Part shown: positions 24,729-39,300 of the stretch, in pieces
Numbering within the stretch: the stretch's first letter is position 1
Layout: each line of letters opens with the position of its first letter
From: Nymphaea colorata
Lineage: Eukaryota
Assembly: GCF_008831285.2 (NCBI RefSeq)
Contig: NC_045138.2
Coordinates: forward strand, 25,296,001-25,360,000
DNA length: 64,000 nt
Reading direction: 5' to 3'
The notes under the pieces: model-generated
Told to the model about the DNA's origin: nothing
Database searches by the model: none
Seen by the model: the letters and a program-made list of their open reading frames with translations, nothing else
Program-made: the position numbers and the translations under genes

Positions 24729-26229
24729 TCCCTTCTCCAGTTCTCCCTCTCTGCTCAATATTACCGCGAGTTCTATGAGATTTTTGAGTCGCGCTTTTGC
24801 CGCCACCCGGTATTTAAAGGGAAAGATCTTTCGTCGACGGTCAGCATTTTAACCCTAACAAAGGAAACAGTCCTTATGTTTTTTAATTTCATGAAACTTC
24901 CACTTCCTAAAATTGATTTCGAAATGGCACCCGCTTTTTTGCGGTCCTTCCCAAGTCCGCCGTATCACAATATATATACCACTTCTCTTGATCAAATGGA
25001 TCGAGTCAGGTCCAGTTCATAATTCATATTCATCCAAAACCAGATTTTCTTAATAAACAGCATGTCCTTTCTAGTCCGAAGTAGATCATACAATACACAT
25101 TAATGTTAAAATGGGCCAACCATCTGGACTCCAAAATAAACGTTATCATTTCTCATGTACAATACACATTAATTGAGACTAAGCTTTTGAAATATGAGTT
25201 TGTTTAGTTTGCAGCCTTGTATATTACATCGTTTTAGTATTTTCTTGACATTGAACTTGTGTGAAAGATGAGAATTCTTTTGGCGTTAGTTTTAATTTTA
25301 TCTCTAGAATAATTTTTGCTGCTTTACTAAACTTTTTCATTTCCAGAATGAGCAGACAACCAATTTTCTCATGAACTTTATTAACTTCACGTTATTACCA
25401 TCTAATAACAACATCATCCACATATAAAATGAGTAATGGAGCTCGTGTCGGGCGAACAGAAGTCACATTGATGCATTCTTTTGCAACATCTTTTAATGGT
25501 TCGTTTAAGCAAACTCTGTGTTCAATAATTTTGCTGCCTTTTGAAAGATCATGGAGATCCTAAACTTCATTAGCTTTTCCAAATACCAACTCATCATCCA
25601 TTTCTCTCTTCTATTCATATTTTGAGGGCAAGAAGTTCTCTCTCAAATGTCTTGCTTCAATGAGAACACCATAATGCAGGATCCTTGTCTCCATAATTCG
25701 ATGAACTATGAAATTTAACACTCGTTATTTTGAAGTGCTTTATTGTTGGCCAACTCGGTGAGAAGAATCGGGAGTTGTCTGAGTTGGCTTGGGATCGTCC
25801 TCTCACTGGGCCACAAGTCAGGACCCAAGCGAGTCAGCAAGTTGGGTAGATGTATTTTTTACTGTATTTTCACTTAAAATGAATGGAATACAAGATGTGT
25901 CGCAATATGTTGCCTTTTTTTTTCTGCTTCATTACGTCATCTAGAAAGTGATAATAATAATCAAGCATGATGAAGTCATGAGAATAAACCTAAATAGAAC
26001 AAATAAGATGAATTTTTCTTTGTCCATTGGTTCTATATGAACAGTGAAATTGGCTCAAGGAAACCAAGTGGGGATAAAAATATATACAGATATATTTAAA
26101 AATGAATAAAAGAAGATATAGAATGTATTTGGGGCTTCAGAAGGTGCAGTGCTGCCGGTGGCATCGTCGGTTTGCGGAGATGGCCGGTGATGGCCACTGC
26201 ATGTTCTAGCAAAACCCAAAACCTTAAAA

Positions 26230-26610
26230 ATAGTTACAGAAAACACTTTTTTTTCAAAAAAAAAAAAGTGAAAAAAACGTGATAAATTAAATGGCTGTTT
26301 AAAGCTTTAAAAATGCGTTTTTTGAACAAAATTGAAAAAAAAGTTAAAAATGAAAAAAATGTGTTTTTAACATGTTTTTAACGCGTATTTTCACTTTTTT
26401 AGTTTTTTTAATGTCAAATAGTTTTTTTTTTATTTGTTGTAAATCTACTTATCTTTAAATTTTTGTGTCATAAGTTTCTCACTTATTTTATTTTCTTTCA
26501 TTTTTAATTTTTTAAAATTTAACATATTTTTTTCATTTTTTTCAAATTAGTCATATTATACCCGAGAAAAACTTCACCGTTTAAAACTCTAATATGTTAT
26601 TTATGACTAT
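26230..26610. mobile_element. Related hAT-type MITE upstream of MSH5
   Basis: Termini atagttaca / tatgactat, near-TSD ccttaaaa / tcttaaaa. Shares the internal motif attatacccgagaaa...tcacc with the 21360-21679 element. Confidence 0.6.
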
Positions 26611-27119
26611 TCTTAAAACCTCTTCAAGACCTAGCTGAATGCAGCTGGATTTTTTCTTCATTCAAATTCAAATCTGTATATGTGACCGATTAACCAGATT
26701 TATTAGACGGTACATCTAATCTAAATCTGACCGTTTATCACAAGCAGACTTGTTTGAGATAATTTCCTGAAAGGCAAAAAGTAGTCACCATTTTATTAAT
26801 ATATGGTAATGCCTATCAGGAGAAAATATTTGTGGAAAAGGTGGGCCTTCTTCATGGAGTTACGATGGTATTCCTTTTTCAGGCGTAAATTTTTCTTGCG
26901 TTTGATGGAGAATGGGAAACCCGTACTATTTCCCAACCTCTACAGTATTTCACTTTAGTAATAAACCATAGCTTATTATTTATTCACATTATTTGTGCCC
27001 CATAGTTACTTGCCTGGCGCCCTTTAATCAATTTATTACGTCAAAGATTTTTGGAATCAAATGCCCCTTGGCCAATAATCTCATGTACCGCCCATGAATG
27101 ACAACTAGTTAGTCGGGCA

Positions 27120-27300
27120 ATATAAAAGCAGATACATGACTCTTGGTGGAAGGCCTGAAAGTAATGCATAGAATAGAAATAAGGTTGCAGAGCCATGTAA
27201 ACGAATAAACGATCAGTTTGTAGCGTGGCAAGATAACGTCAAAATCAGGCTGAGGGAAACAGTCTCCAGATTGTGATATCAAAGCATGAAGCGGAATGAA
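27120..27300. repeat. Diverged copy of MSH5 intron-1 sequence (23310-23430)
   Basis: Shared blocks agcagatacat, gccatgtaaac, gcaagataac.tcaa, ggctgag..gaaacagt.tccagattgtgatatcaa...atgaagc in the same orientation. Confidence 0.75.
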
Positions 27301-28177
27301 TGTGTACACTAACTATTTATTTAAACTTAGCACAACGGGCAAGTTAGGACACCTGCAATATATAATAACAATTTGTTATCATTTCATGAACTTCTCTTAA
27401 AGATTGGACACATTCATGAAATACTATAACATGTCTCAATTTCCGAGGCATATTTTTGGAGCAGTAGCAAGCTATTCTCATTGCTAAACAGCTCCTCATG
27501 GTACTATTTCTGGCCATTAAGTCATTGATTAGGCCAAATATTTAGAAAACTAAATAGTATTCGATTACATTCAATGTGCATTGTATCTATGCAGGAATGA
27601 AACAATTTTTGGATCCTGTTGAATTTGCAACTTAATTTGAACATTTTTGAAGAACGAAGACAATTTTTGTTATTTTTCACAAATAAAAGATTTAATGTGC
27701 GTTCACTTGTGCTATTAAGTCCAAAATGAGGTTCATGTGAAAAAAGCGTATTAAGTCCAGTAAATTGAGCTGATTTTGCTAGGAAAATGATATCTTTACC
27801 TGCTCGTGTATGAGAAACAGTAATAAGTAAGCCAAGAAAACCATGTGGGAACTAACATCACAGGAAACTCATTTTCTTGGACATATATTGGCAAAATTGA
27901 GCCACAACTGAAGCAAGTTTCCTCGTGCTACTTGTTCTCGCTTCAAAATGCTTTATCAGATCTGTCCTCTGCCGTGGCCTACTCCGTTTCGTACAAGAAA
28001 CAATTTTCTTTCTGCGTTGTTTTCTTCGTATACGCTACTCTTAAAATGTGTCATTTTTTTCCAGGAAAATAATAGATTTTCTTGGTTGAATATACAGAAA
28101 ACAAATGCAAGAAACTGATCTGGCCAGCAGCAATGGCTGAAAAAACGCGTGTATCATGCCATTTTTGTGTAAAAAAC

Positions 28178-28395
28178 TAAGGGTGGGCGTAGGGCCGGGC
28201 TGGGCCCGGGTCAGCCCAGCCCGGCCCGGCCCGTTAAGAATTAAAAAAATAATTTTTTTATGTTTTAATAATATATATTTATTATGTTTTTTAAAAAATT
28301 ATTTTATAATTATAAAATAATTTTTTAATTTTAAATGGCTCGGGCCAAAACCCGGGCTATCGGGCTGGCCCGGCCTGGCCCGATGCCCACCCTTA
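28178..28395. mobile_element. hAT-type MITE with GC-rich GGCCC subterminal repeats
   Basis: TIRs taagggtgggc / gcccaccctta, subterminal gcccgg repeats, AT-rich core and flanks taaaaaac / gcaaaaac (near 8-bp TSD). Confidence 0.85.
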
Positions 28396-28939
28396 GCAAA
28401 AACTAATATCATCTCGTTGAATATATTGCTGAGAATAAAAATTCATGGAATTGACAGGCCAGTTTAATCAGTCAGGTTATATTATGTATTATGGATTCAA
28501 AAATTACCGAAATTCCTTTATATATTTAATGGAAAATCCCTCCATTACATGGGCAAAAGTGGAACCTGATAATTTTTCTCTCACAAGCTTACAAAAATGC
28601 TTCTTTGCTAAAATGTGAGAATATCCCTTCCCATGTTAATGGCATACCATGGAAATTCCAGCACTTTTTTTTTTGAAAAAAAAGAAACCATTCCCCGATT
28701 TCATGCTTGCAAATTTCTCGTTTTTCTCTTTTTGACGTTCGATGCACCCAATAGTGGGAAAATACATCTTTCCTTGTCTCATAAATTTGCCTTACAAACT
28801 AGACAACAGATTCTGTTACATGAATATGCTCATAGATCTATAGGACATTCTTAAAATATCCCTATTGCCAAACAACTGTTTAGGTTGTGGTTGTGCACTG
28901 ACCCAAGTATTCAATGAATATTTGGTACCCAATGCAAGA

Positions 28940-29185
28940 CCTGGGTCCTAAATTTGAGTGTCAGCCAACCCAACAGGTTAGGTCGGGCCAATCCCAATAG
29001 TCCCGACAATTTATTTATAACATTATTTTATTAAAAAATATATATTTGTACATTTATTTTAGTACAATTAATCATATTTTTGGTTTCATATTATATGTTT
29101 ATATATTATGTTTATTTTTTATATTTTATTATAATTGAACACGGGTTGCAGGTTGTCGGCAGGGCCAGCTCGATGCCAGCCTCAG
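28940..29185. mobile_element. Degenerate MITE remnant similar in layout to 28178-28395
   Basis: GC-rich ends (gtcgggccc..., gtcggcagggccagctcgatgccagcctca) around an AT-rich core; the TIR is not intact. Confidence 0.4.
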
Positions 29186-30479
29186 GAAAAGTTTTGCCCA
29201 TGATTTAGTGGACTTGCAGTCATAAGTATATGGAAATTTGGAACCATGAGATTTTCCATGTTTCCGTTCGATGCAGCAAATGTCATGTGCTTACAGACGG
29301 CTGACTATTGACACAATACTTTTAGCTCCCGTCAATTATTGGTCCCGCTCATCCTCTTAGATGCAAACAGTAATTGATATGGATGTGCAAACTGGCACAT
29401 TCCTATCAGAAGAATGATTATCGATTTAATATGTGGAAAAGGTGGATTCACACGGACAGATCCGCGCTTTATGATTGATCCGTCTCTCCATGCTCCATGC
29501 ACATGGTGCAAAACGCGGAACTAAATGCTCCAGATCACTCCAATGCCTTCCCCTTCTTACATGATAGCTTTATTCATTGGAAAGCTGGTTTCCTTTTTTA
29601 ATAATTTTCATCCTAAAAAAGCCGCGCCAAACCGCTCTTACAATAGCTTATATCTTCCAATATCTTGTGCTTGTTAGCCATCTGAAAGTCATTCATTTCT
29701 TCATGTGCTACTTCGGTTGCGCTTCAACTTGTGTATCGATTGTTGACATTATTTTTACAGCACAAAATATTGAGCACTACAGATATTATAAATAAAGGCT
29801 GGCCATCTACCAGCCTCCACCTCAACCCGTTACACTAACCCCCTTAAGAAACAACTCATGAACAATGTTCTTGAGTTTACTAAAATGATGTAACATGTTT
29901 TCCTCTTGTATTTTTATAGGTAGAGAACACCGCTTGTGACAAAAAAGAGAAGGGTTGATTGTCCATAACCTGTGTCCTTATAGAATATAGCATTAGGGCA
30001 TCAACCCATAAGCCGAAACCGAAACCACGTGTTTTCTTTTATCTTGGATACCAAACAGGTGCAACCTTTGTAGTCGTCAATGCAAGTTCCTATATGAACA
30101 AAAGCAAAGCCAAGATTTTTTTTCAGCGATAAGCCAAAAAAATTGATTTTTTCAATATAATTTTCCCTACACTCACAATTTGGCAAGCTTGAATATCATG
30201 TGTATTTGGATCCGGCATCCACTTAATCTGCTGCAGGTTATCCAAATGTAGAAGCAGGGCTGCTTCGTGTTAAATTAATAAAAAAAAATGTTTGAAACCA
30301 CGAACTCCTAAATTTGATATAGAAAAGGCGGAGCCAGAATTTTTTTATGAAGCAAGGGCCAAAATATCAAATTTTTTTATATAAAACAAATATTTTTTTT
30401 TGAAATTTACATATAATTTTTTTTTAAAAAAAAATTGAGATGACACCAAGAACCAAGGGGCCCTACCTTGTCTGAGTTG

Positions 30480-31150
30480 CGTCGGGGAGACCTTGGATGC
30501 TATTATGAAGACTAAGGACGCCTCAAATGATGTCGAGTGCTCCAGCTGTAGAGATTTAGAGTGATCTTCGTTAATGCTGATGCTGTCTGTTTGACAGAGG
30601 ATTTCTCGTGGAGGGTGGATCGATCATTTTATGGATCTTGAGCTGCTCTACGGACCTGCCCTGTGTGTTTGGGTTTTAGACCTTGACCCGAACGCTCGGA
30701 TTATTGACCCGAGGACTATTTCAGTCGAGCTGATACAAGGTGGCCTAGTTAAACTATAAAGTTTAACCATCAATATTGATATCCTACAAGGACAACGGAT
30801 TTGGTGAGAGTTTCGACTACAAAAAGATCCAGACCACAAAAAGTTGATGAGCTGGGCCGGGGCGGTTGGCAGATCCAGAACACAAAAAGATCCAGATCCT
30901 TTGGGAGGAGATGCCTTTTGACTGCTCTTTCGGTTAATGAAGGCCAACATGGATCCAGCTGGAAGCAGAAGATGGGGACTGTGTCGGCAGGGAGGAGCCA
31001 ACTGGTTTCTCACATGCTGAGTGTTCACACCTCGAGAAGAGGTTTGGATCTGTTGGCGCAGCTTATATCTGGACCGGACCCGAAAATTCTGATGCTGGGG
31101 ACCAAGCTTCGTCGGAGGACATTAGGCCGAAGTCCTTCCCCCATTTGAAG
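30480..31150 (+). mobile_element. Possible decayed LINE ORF1-like remnant
   Basis: GC-richer island with broken frames. One frame reads GPALCVWVLDLDPNARIIDPRTISVEL, loosely like the plant LINE ORF1 ARVCVEIDL region. The resemblance is weak. Confidence 0.3.
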
Positions 31151-31530
31151 GTCCTTCATCGAAGTTGAATGCTCTAAATGCTCATGTGTATTGAAGACAA
31201 TCATTTTGCAACTTAAAGAACAAAAGGAGAAAGCAGTACAAAGTTTCACATTTCTAAAAAATGATAAGTGTACCTAACTACCATAGGCATCTATTTGAGT
31301 GGTACCATATGTAGGGCCGTTTCATTTCCCTTTTTCTTCCAAAACTAAATTTTGTGTTCCTTTTTTTTACTCCGTTTCAGCAAATGACCATAGGCTGTGC
31401 ACTATTAAAAGAAGAAATATGTTACTATATTTCGTATATATACATGATTCCATGAATTTCATATGGATTTGTGCATTTTACCAAATTGAATCAGAATTTA
31501 AATGGTTGGGTAACTCTAAAAAACCATAAT

Positions 31531-31539
31531 CACCATTCA

Positions 31540-31581
<42 letters not shown>

Positions 31582-31590
31582 TGAATGGTG
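31531..31590. repeat. Perfect 60-bp palindrome centred on a (TA)n run
   Basis: caccattcaatt-(TA)n-aattgaatggtg is its own reverse complement over all 60 bp. Confidence 0.95.
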
Positions 31591-33323
31591 TAGCCTTAAT
31601 TCAATATGGCGTAGACCCAGATAGAATCTGGCAGGACCATGTCCTAGTCATGTGCCAAAATATGCTTAGCGTATAACCCCAACTCGCCTATTCTTCTGCT
31701 AGCTCAAATTCTAGTTGTAGTCATTAAGCAATCACATAGTCAATGAAAAAGAAGGCTAGAAAAAAGAACACTGCTGAAAAAAGGGAAAACGTTTCACGAG
31801 ATGCAACTTCTTTTTTTGTCAAGAAAAGCTGCATCATTTCTGTTTTTTAAATCCTTTACATAAGTCTTTACACGGCGGTGTTGCACTTAGGGGTGAATTG
31901 CTGGTGACGCCTCCATTAAATTGGCTAAGTATGAATGTGGTTTCCTCTGTGATCAATCCATGAGGACGAAATTCTTAAACTTCCATCTTCTGACTACAAT
32001 GTTTCTTCTCACCTTAAGGTGGTGGAAGCCATTGGAGTTGGCTAACGTTCACATGGTAGCAAACTTTGGGTAATGATCCTTTCCCCCTAAATTCATGCCA
32101 CTGATTTTTGGGCATTTTATAAACAAATCTCAGCCTGGTGAGCAGAGAAAAGAAAAAAACAGTAGAGACCAGAGAAAGATGACTGGAAACAGAGCAAATG
32201 AGGAAAGCACACTCTCTTCTGTTATTCCTTTTCATTATTTCTAGGTAAACAGATGAATGCAATGCATAATGGGCAAGAAAAGGGTCAAATTGGTTGTTGT
32301 CCTGATTCTTCTTGCTACTTCTGTGATAACTGACTTGATTCCCACTCCTCTGTTGTCCCATTAAACTTCCATTTTGGTAATCTGATGAAAGGATGTTTTG
32401 ATGAATAACAAATAGAATTCAGCTTCAATTTTCTACAGTTACTGCTGAGAGATAATTACTACTATTCCCTGAATTATTCTTTGAGGTTAGGTTTATAATA
32501 AGAGAACTGTTTTTCTGAGTTCATTAAAGACGAAACCAATGATTTAGCAAAACAATTTGTAAGTGCTTCAGATTATATATATAATTACGAATATCTACTA
32601 CCTTCGACGTCAAAGGAACAGAAATGTGATCTCATGTCTCCCAAGTGGAAAAGTCAGAAAGGGAAGAATGAGAGAACTCGGTCTGGTAGTATTAAGAAAT
32701 CCTTGTGCCACATATTGAAGACACTGTGAAATAAATTTTAGCAGACTCACCTGCCGTTCATTAATTCGACCACCAAAACATGGTCCTGCAGAGCACAGAA
32801 TAAAATCAAACAACAGAAAGGGGAACTTTCGTCCTTCTGCTTCTTCCTTCTTGCCCTTGACTGACTCTCGGCTCCGAGGAACCATAAATTCTTTGCTTCC
32901 CTGTTTTGGCATATTTTGTAAAATAGGACCAGTTTCATAAAATTTTCAAATAAACACGGGACATAACTGCAATTTCTATCTTCCCGGCCTAAATAATCGA
33001 CATATTTCCCTGCCTCACTCCCTCCTCAGTTCTTACTTCCCAGCCTCTCCCTCCTGCTATAGAAAAGACCACAAGGAACCAGGACGCCCCATCAAAGCCT
33101 TCGCAAAACTTGCAGCGAATAGCGGAAGGGGATCTTTCTCTCTCTCCATCTCTCTCATGTTTCCATAGTACACGCTGTTTCGGAGTCCCCACGCGTTGCT
33201 CCACTCGATCGATTTACGCAACATCGGGTTCGAACGAAGGTCACACTCTTTTCCTCTAGAGTTCTACAGGCATTACTTTCATTTTCGGTTCTAATGAGCA
33301 GGTCTGTGAGCATCTGGGGCGCC

Positions 33324-36300
33324 ATGAGAAGCACCATCGTTTTCAGATTTCTTGCTCTCTTTTTGCTTCTCGTCGTTCCCTTCGTCAATGGTGAGGACCC
33401 CTACAGATTTTACACATGGAACGTCACTTATGGTGATATCTACCCACTTGGGGTGAGGCAGCAGGTGAGTGAAAGCAGTTAGCAATACTGAAACTACCGC
33501 AACTACCTTTCCTATCACGAACATATCCACCACCACCATCACCACCGGCCTTACCACCACTACCGCTGCCATTTTTAATCATCGAAATGTCTTACTAATG
33601 CACCGCCGGAATTGCAATTTCAGGGGATTTTGATCAATGGGCAGTTTCCGGGACCGGAGATCGACTGTGCTACCAATGACAACATCATTGTTAATGTCTA
33701 CAACAGCCTTCCGGAACCGTTTCTTATTTCCTGGTGAGAAAATTTTCTTTTAAAGATTGATGGCGGGTAAAAAGCTTGAGTACATCTGTCTCGTTCTGTT
33801 GTATGGCCAAAGTGGTAGGCCGGCAATCTGTCCTCTCTATCTCTGTAGATCTGGTTCCATCTCCAAATTGGGCGTGCTATTTAAGAAATTTGTATCCTTC
33901 TGAACTGGTTTTCATCGTTTTCTCTATTATATTCCCTTGTTTTCTCATGCTAGTCTCCTGTGCTATTTTAACGCTTCTCTTGGCGGATTGGAACGATTCT
34001 GGTTTCCACTTGCACTGAGAAATTAAATTCTAGGCGTGTAAGATTATGTAACTCGGCAACACGCGCAGCCAAATGTATTGACTTTTTCCCAAAATTTGAG
34101 TCATTATTTATGGCGGTAGATTTGTTACTGAGTTTCTCAGTGATAGAGGACCATTTATTCGAGTTCGATAGCAGGTAAAAAAACATTTAATTACTGAACA
34201 AATATAATCGGTGCGGGCTTGATCGCCATGATTGAGAAAATATTTTTTATACAGAAAAGTCTTCGTCTTAACTGTTCACCCTTTTTTTCTGTTCATTGCC
34301 AGCCTTACAGTTCTCCCATGGGAAGGTCATGCACTGATTCTTGACGTAGTGATGAGTTCATTTGCTCACGTCCCATCTTCTTAGTACACCATTGTCCCTC
34401 TTTTTTAGATATAGAAATCGTATGTATTTGATTTATATACTTTTGCATTCTTTTTTCCTCGAATAATTTTCAAAGGCACACTTTGCCTTTGGTAAAAACA
34501 CACTTGATATAAATATCCTGTGAAGTGTTAAATAAAAATTTTTGTATCATTAACTTGGAGATAACATTTTTATCATTGAAAAGCTTAAGTAGATTTCCAA
34601 CAATTTTAAAACTTTTTGCTCTATTGTCAGAAATTTCCTTCCTTTTCTTTTTATATTGTATTCCTTCTACGTGGACAGTGGGCTAGCCGGCTAGCGATCG
34701 ATGTACACGGTTTTCGAAATATACACATCGACGAATAATTGACAGAACCGAGTCTGTGTTTATATTAGTTGCCGAACTACCCTACTAAGCTTTTTCCGTT
34801 GTTGCTTTTAGTAATTTGGTTCCGAGTTTTTTTTTTGGCCGGAAAAAAGAAACGTATTAAACCGTCTGCCGGAAAACGGGAAGATTTTCGTTTAGAGGAT
34901 TGACTTTTTTTTGAAATCCTAATTATAGGACCTGATTTTCTGATTGTCTTGCCACAACCAGAAAAGACATTCACGTAGTTCTTCACTCCGGTTGTTCTAG
35001 CACAACTGAACTTTGTGTTGTTCATCAATGACTCTTCTGTCGCTTATCGCAATCGCAGGAAGCAGATAAAGCTCCACATGTGAACCCCGATAGGAACCCC
35101 ACAGTAACCGCGGGAGCCAGGGCGTGAGCCGTGGCACTACATTTATCCGTCGTTCTCTTGTCCTTCCTATTCCCCCACCTTCATTGGTCCTTTTCACGAA
35201 CTCCGGACCCTTATTCAGTAAAACAAACATACCAAAAACCCTCCACGTGATTCGACCCACGGAACCTTGTTTGATTCCAACCGTGGCGGTTATATCTATT
35301 TGGACTTGGATCCCCTTTCTGCAATCCAAGTTTGGATCTTAGACTTTTTGGTCTTGTATATTTTGAGAATTGGGTCAGATCTACATCCGATCCATTATCA
35401 ACTGAACTGAATTGCTGTAACTGTGATGTTTGTACCCTGTGGAATCAGGAACGGCTTGCAACACAGGAAGAATTCATGGGAAGATGGAGTCTATGGCACA
35501 AACTGCCCCATACCACCTGGGAGAAACTTCACATACATAATGCAGGCCAAGGACCAGATTGGCAGCTTCTTCTACTTCCCTTCCTTAGCTTTCCATAAAG
35601 CTGCCGGCGGCTTCGGCGCATTCAGGGTCAGTAGCCGGCCGCTCATTCCCGTCCCCTTCCCCCCGCCGGCCGGAGATTACACCGTTCTCATTGGTGACTG
35701 GTTCAAAGCCAATCACACTGTAAGTGTAAATTAAAAAGGAAAATTATCAAGGGGAGCCATGCCTTTTTCTCTACGCGAATTCGACTGAATTGTGTTTCTT
35801 CTGATACATGCAGGATTTGAAAGCAATTCTGGACAACGGAGAAAACCTGCCATTTCCTGATGCCGTTCTCATCAATGGTCGCGCCGCCAATGGCATGTAT
35901 TTCACTGTTGATCAAGGTAAGTTACCAATGTGACAAAGTTGGATCCTTGTTAGATTGCACCAGTTTAGAACTCGATCATGGTATTAGAAGTCTCAGACCA
36001 CAAGGCACCGACAGTGTGCAGCAAATGCAGGTCTCGTGACTCCATTAAGTTGGTGGAACGTGTACATCACCTTTTTTGAAGGAAAATGACGTTGATTGCA
36101 GGAAATCATCCAGTCATAGAAGGGTTTCTTCATGTGAGCCCCTTGTTAATTGTCAAACCAGTGGATCAGCCCATGTGATCTTTACCAATTATTGGATTTG
36201 ACGGAAAGGGATGTGATATTTTTTTCATAAAACCGGTCAGGTGAATCTAATACATGAAACTCCATGCAGCAGAGCTGTGTGGTAACAGATTTATATGAAT

Positions 36301-39300
36301 GGATTGTTTGTCACAAGAGTGGTACATTTTGAAACTATGTCTAAATGGATACCCCCCATTGTACAAGTTTGAAACTGCCTATAACTCCAAGTTTTTAACC
36401 ACCCATGTGTGGTGTAAGTTTGAACTTATGATCAGTTGGTTTAAGATGTCTGTATAATTGTATGCACTGCATATTAATATTTACTTGCACTATAAATGTC
36501 TGCTCTTTCAGGCAAGACTTACCGGTTCCGGATCTCGAACGTCGGCCTGACGACATCGCTCAATTTCAGGATCCAGGGCCACACCATGACCTTGGTCGAA
36601 GTCGAGGGCTCGCATACCATACAAAATACGTATTCTTCATTGGACGTACACCTCGGACAATCGTACTCGGTGCTGGTGACCATGGACCAGCCCGGCAAGG
36701 ACTACTACATGGTGGTCTCCACAAGGTTCACCACCCCGGTCCTGACCACCACAGCCATTCTACATTATAGCAACTCTGCCGGTGCAGTGTCCGGCCCACC
36801 ACCGGGCGGCCCCACCATTGAGATTGACTGGTCACTCAATCAGGCCAGATCTATACGGTATTATTCCTTCCGGCAAGATTCCATTTGTTTAGTGGGTCCT
36901 CACGATTTCTAATTGTCTTGCAACTAGAATAACAAAATATATCATAATGACATTTTCTCTTTCTTAAAGTTCATTCCTCAAGTCTTATAAGACTCTTGAA
37001 TCCATGTGATCCATCGGAATTTGTAGTTTGAGATATGGTGAATTCCTAAGTTAACAATTTTTTCTTTTTTTTTTTCTGGAGAAGTGGTACGAAATGAGGG
37101 GGTGTTTCTTTCATTAGCACCTCAGCCACGCATTTGATTGAGATGTGACATTGATAGCAACAATATGAGGCAAGAGAAACATGTTTTACTATCAGATTTC
37201 TCTTCAGTTCTTCCCTAATTGCTCAGCAAATTTGTTTCTAAAATATGAAAGAAATCTCAAACAACAAAATATGAGCTATTTTGAAGAGCCCTTGTTTAAA
37301 ATTATTCTGGATGATGAAAACAGAGAAGAAATATATGATGGATAAGGTTCCAATTTTCGAATTGGCTTTATGATTGGAGTTAGGAAATCTCCTCTAATCT
37401 GTATAATCTCTTCGATTTACGGTGGAAATGCTTTCGGCAAGATAATTGCAGTTGCATATATTGCGCCACAAGTCCCCCAATATGCTGAAAGACTCGGATG
37501 AAACGTAAAAAAAGCTGATGAGCTCCAGATGTGAATTGTTGAAACCGAGTTCTTGAACTCTTCTTTCCATCGTTAAAAACGATAGAATTTGATAACTCGG
37601 TCATTCTTGCCGAATGAATTCTTAACATTGGAAGAAAGTGGTTTAGAAGTTCTCTTTCAACTGTTGACCTATTTGTTTTACCTTCTCCTGGTTGGTCACA
37701 TGAATTGTTGCTCGCCAATCATGTTTGGTACTCATTTTTCAATAATTATTTTCTAGCAGGGATCTGATTAACTCGTTCTTAGTAGCTGCTCGTGAGATTT
37801 GTACTGGCTACGAGTGTATTTCTAAACTTTGGCTGCATGTATGGTTATCCCTATATCTAACTTCTTTTCCTCCTCTGTTTTCCACCATTAGATGGAATCT
37901 GACTGCAAGTGCAGCAAGGCCAAACCCACAAGGATCTTATCATTATGGATTGATCAATACAACAAGAACTATCCAACTGGCAAACTCAGCACCGGTCATC
38001 AATGGCAAGCAGAGATACGCTGTTAATGGCGTATCATTCGTTCCTGCAGATACACCACTGAAGATTGCTGATTTCTACCAGATTGCTGGAGTTTTTACTC
38101 TTGGTAGTATTGCTGATTATCCAAGTGGAGGTGGTGCCTATCTTCAGACAGCTGTAATGGCTGCCGACTACCGAGCATACGTTGAGATTGTGTTCCAAAA
38201 CTATGAGAATACGGTCCAGTCATGGCACATTGATGGTTACTCGTTCTTCATTGTCGGGTAAGTAATCCACTTCTGATTATCTTTCATAATGAAACTTACA
38301 CTCTAATTATGAGCCAAAAATTGTGCTTGAAGGCTTGAACCTGAATGTTATCAAATAAGATCCATTATGGCCAATAAGGACAGGTAGTCGGTGGCCAACT
38401 TGGCTGCTTCTATTACAGTTAGGCAGACTAATTTTCATCGACTACAACCAGGAGAATACTACCATGTCTTTTCCTTGTGATATCCTCTGCTCTGACTCGC
38501 ATATATATAGGTCCTACAAATAGTCGTGGGATTAGACCTTGCCGTTAACTATACCAGAAGTTTGTCAGATTCATACCTTCTCTTTTGGAAGCTTCATTTT
38601 ATCAATTGTACCAGTTTTCGTCAAGTGAAAAAAGGATGGGCTGGTGTTAGCCTTGTGTTTACGATATGCTGTGATGCTAGGGACACCCAGGAATTTTTCA
38701 AAACTATTTAGTATTGGAAGCCGGAAAAAAAATTCTAGAAAAATAATGTTTTTCTTTGTAAAGAGCCAAGATCTGTTTGAACCCACAGGCCAATCTTGTT
38801 TCCAAAATGTCTCGAAAAGGCAAATTGTCATGATATGATGAACTTCTGGACTTGCCTTAATGTGTGGAAATTGTCGACATATGAAGAACATGTAAAGATA
38901 TGAATGGGAACATGAGCATAAGGCATAAGGAGAAAAATGTTATGCATGTCGATAGGCATTGTGAAAAGTTCTGTGATCTTTTGAAATTCGGAATCCGAAC
39001 ATACCCTATTGTATCAGCACTGCAATTGTATTTAGAGGTCCCATAACAAAATTACAGATACTTTGAAGAACACTGCCGTTGTTGCAGAAACACTAGCATT
39101 TCTCAATCTACTAATTTGCTGTATTATTTGTTGTTTCATATGCACATTTGAGAATTACACTGGCAGTGTACCTTGATTTCCATTTGGACACAAATTTCCA
39201 ATATTTTTCTCATTATATGTTGCTCCCAAATCCATCTTCATCGTCTGTCTATTGTAACAGTCATTTCCAGATGAATGTCATGCAAATGTATCACCTCACC

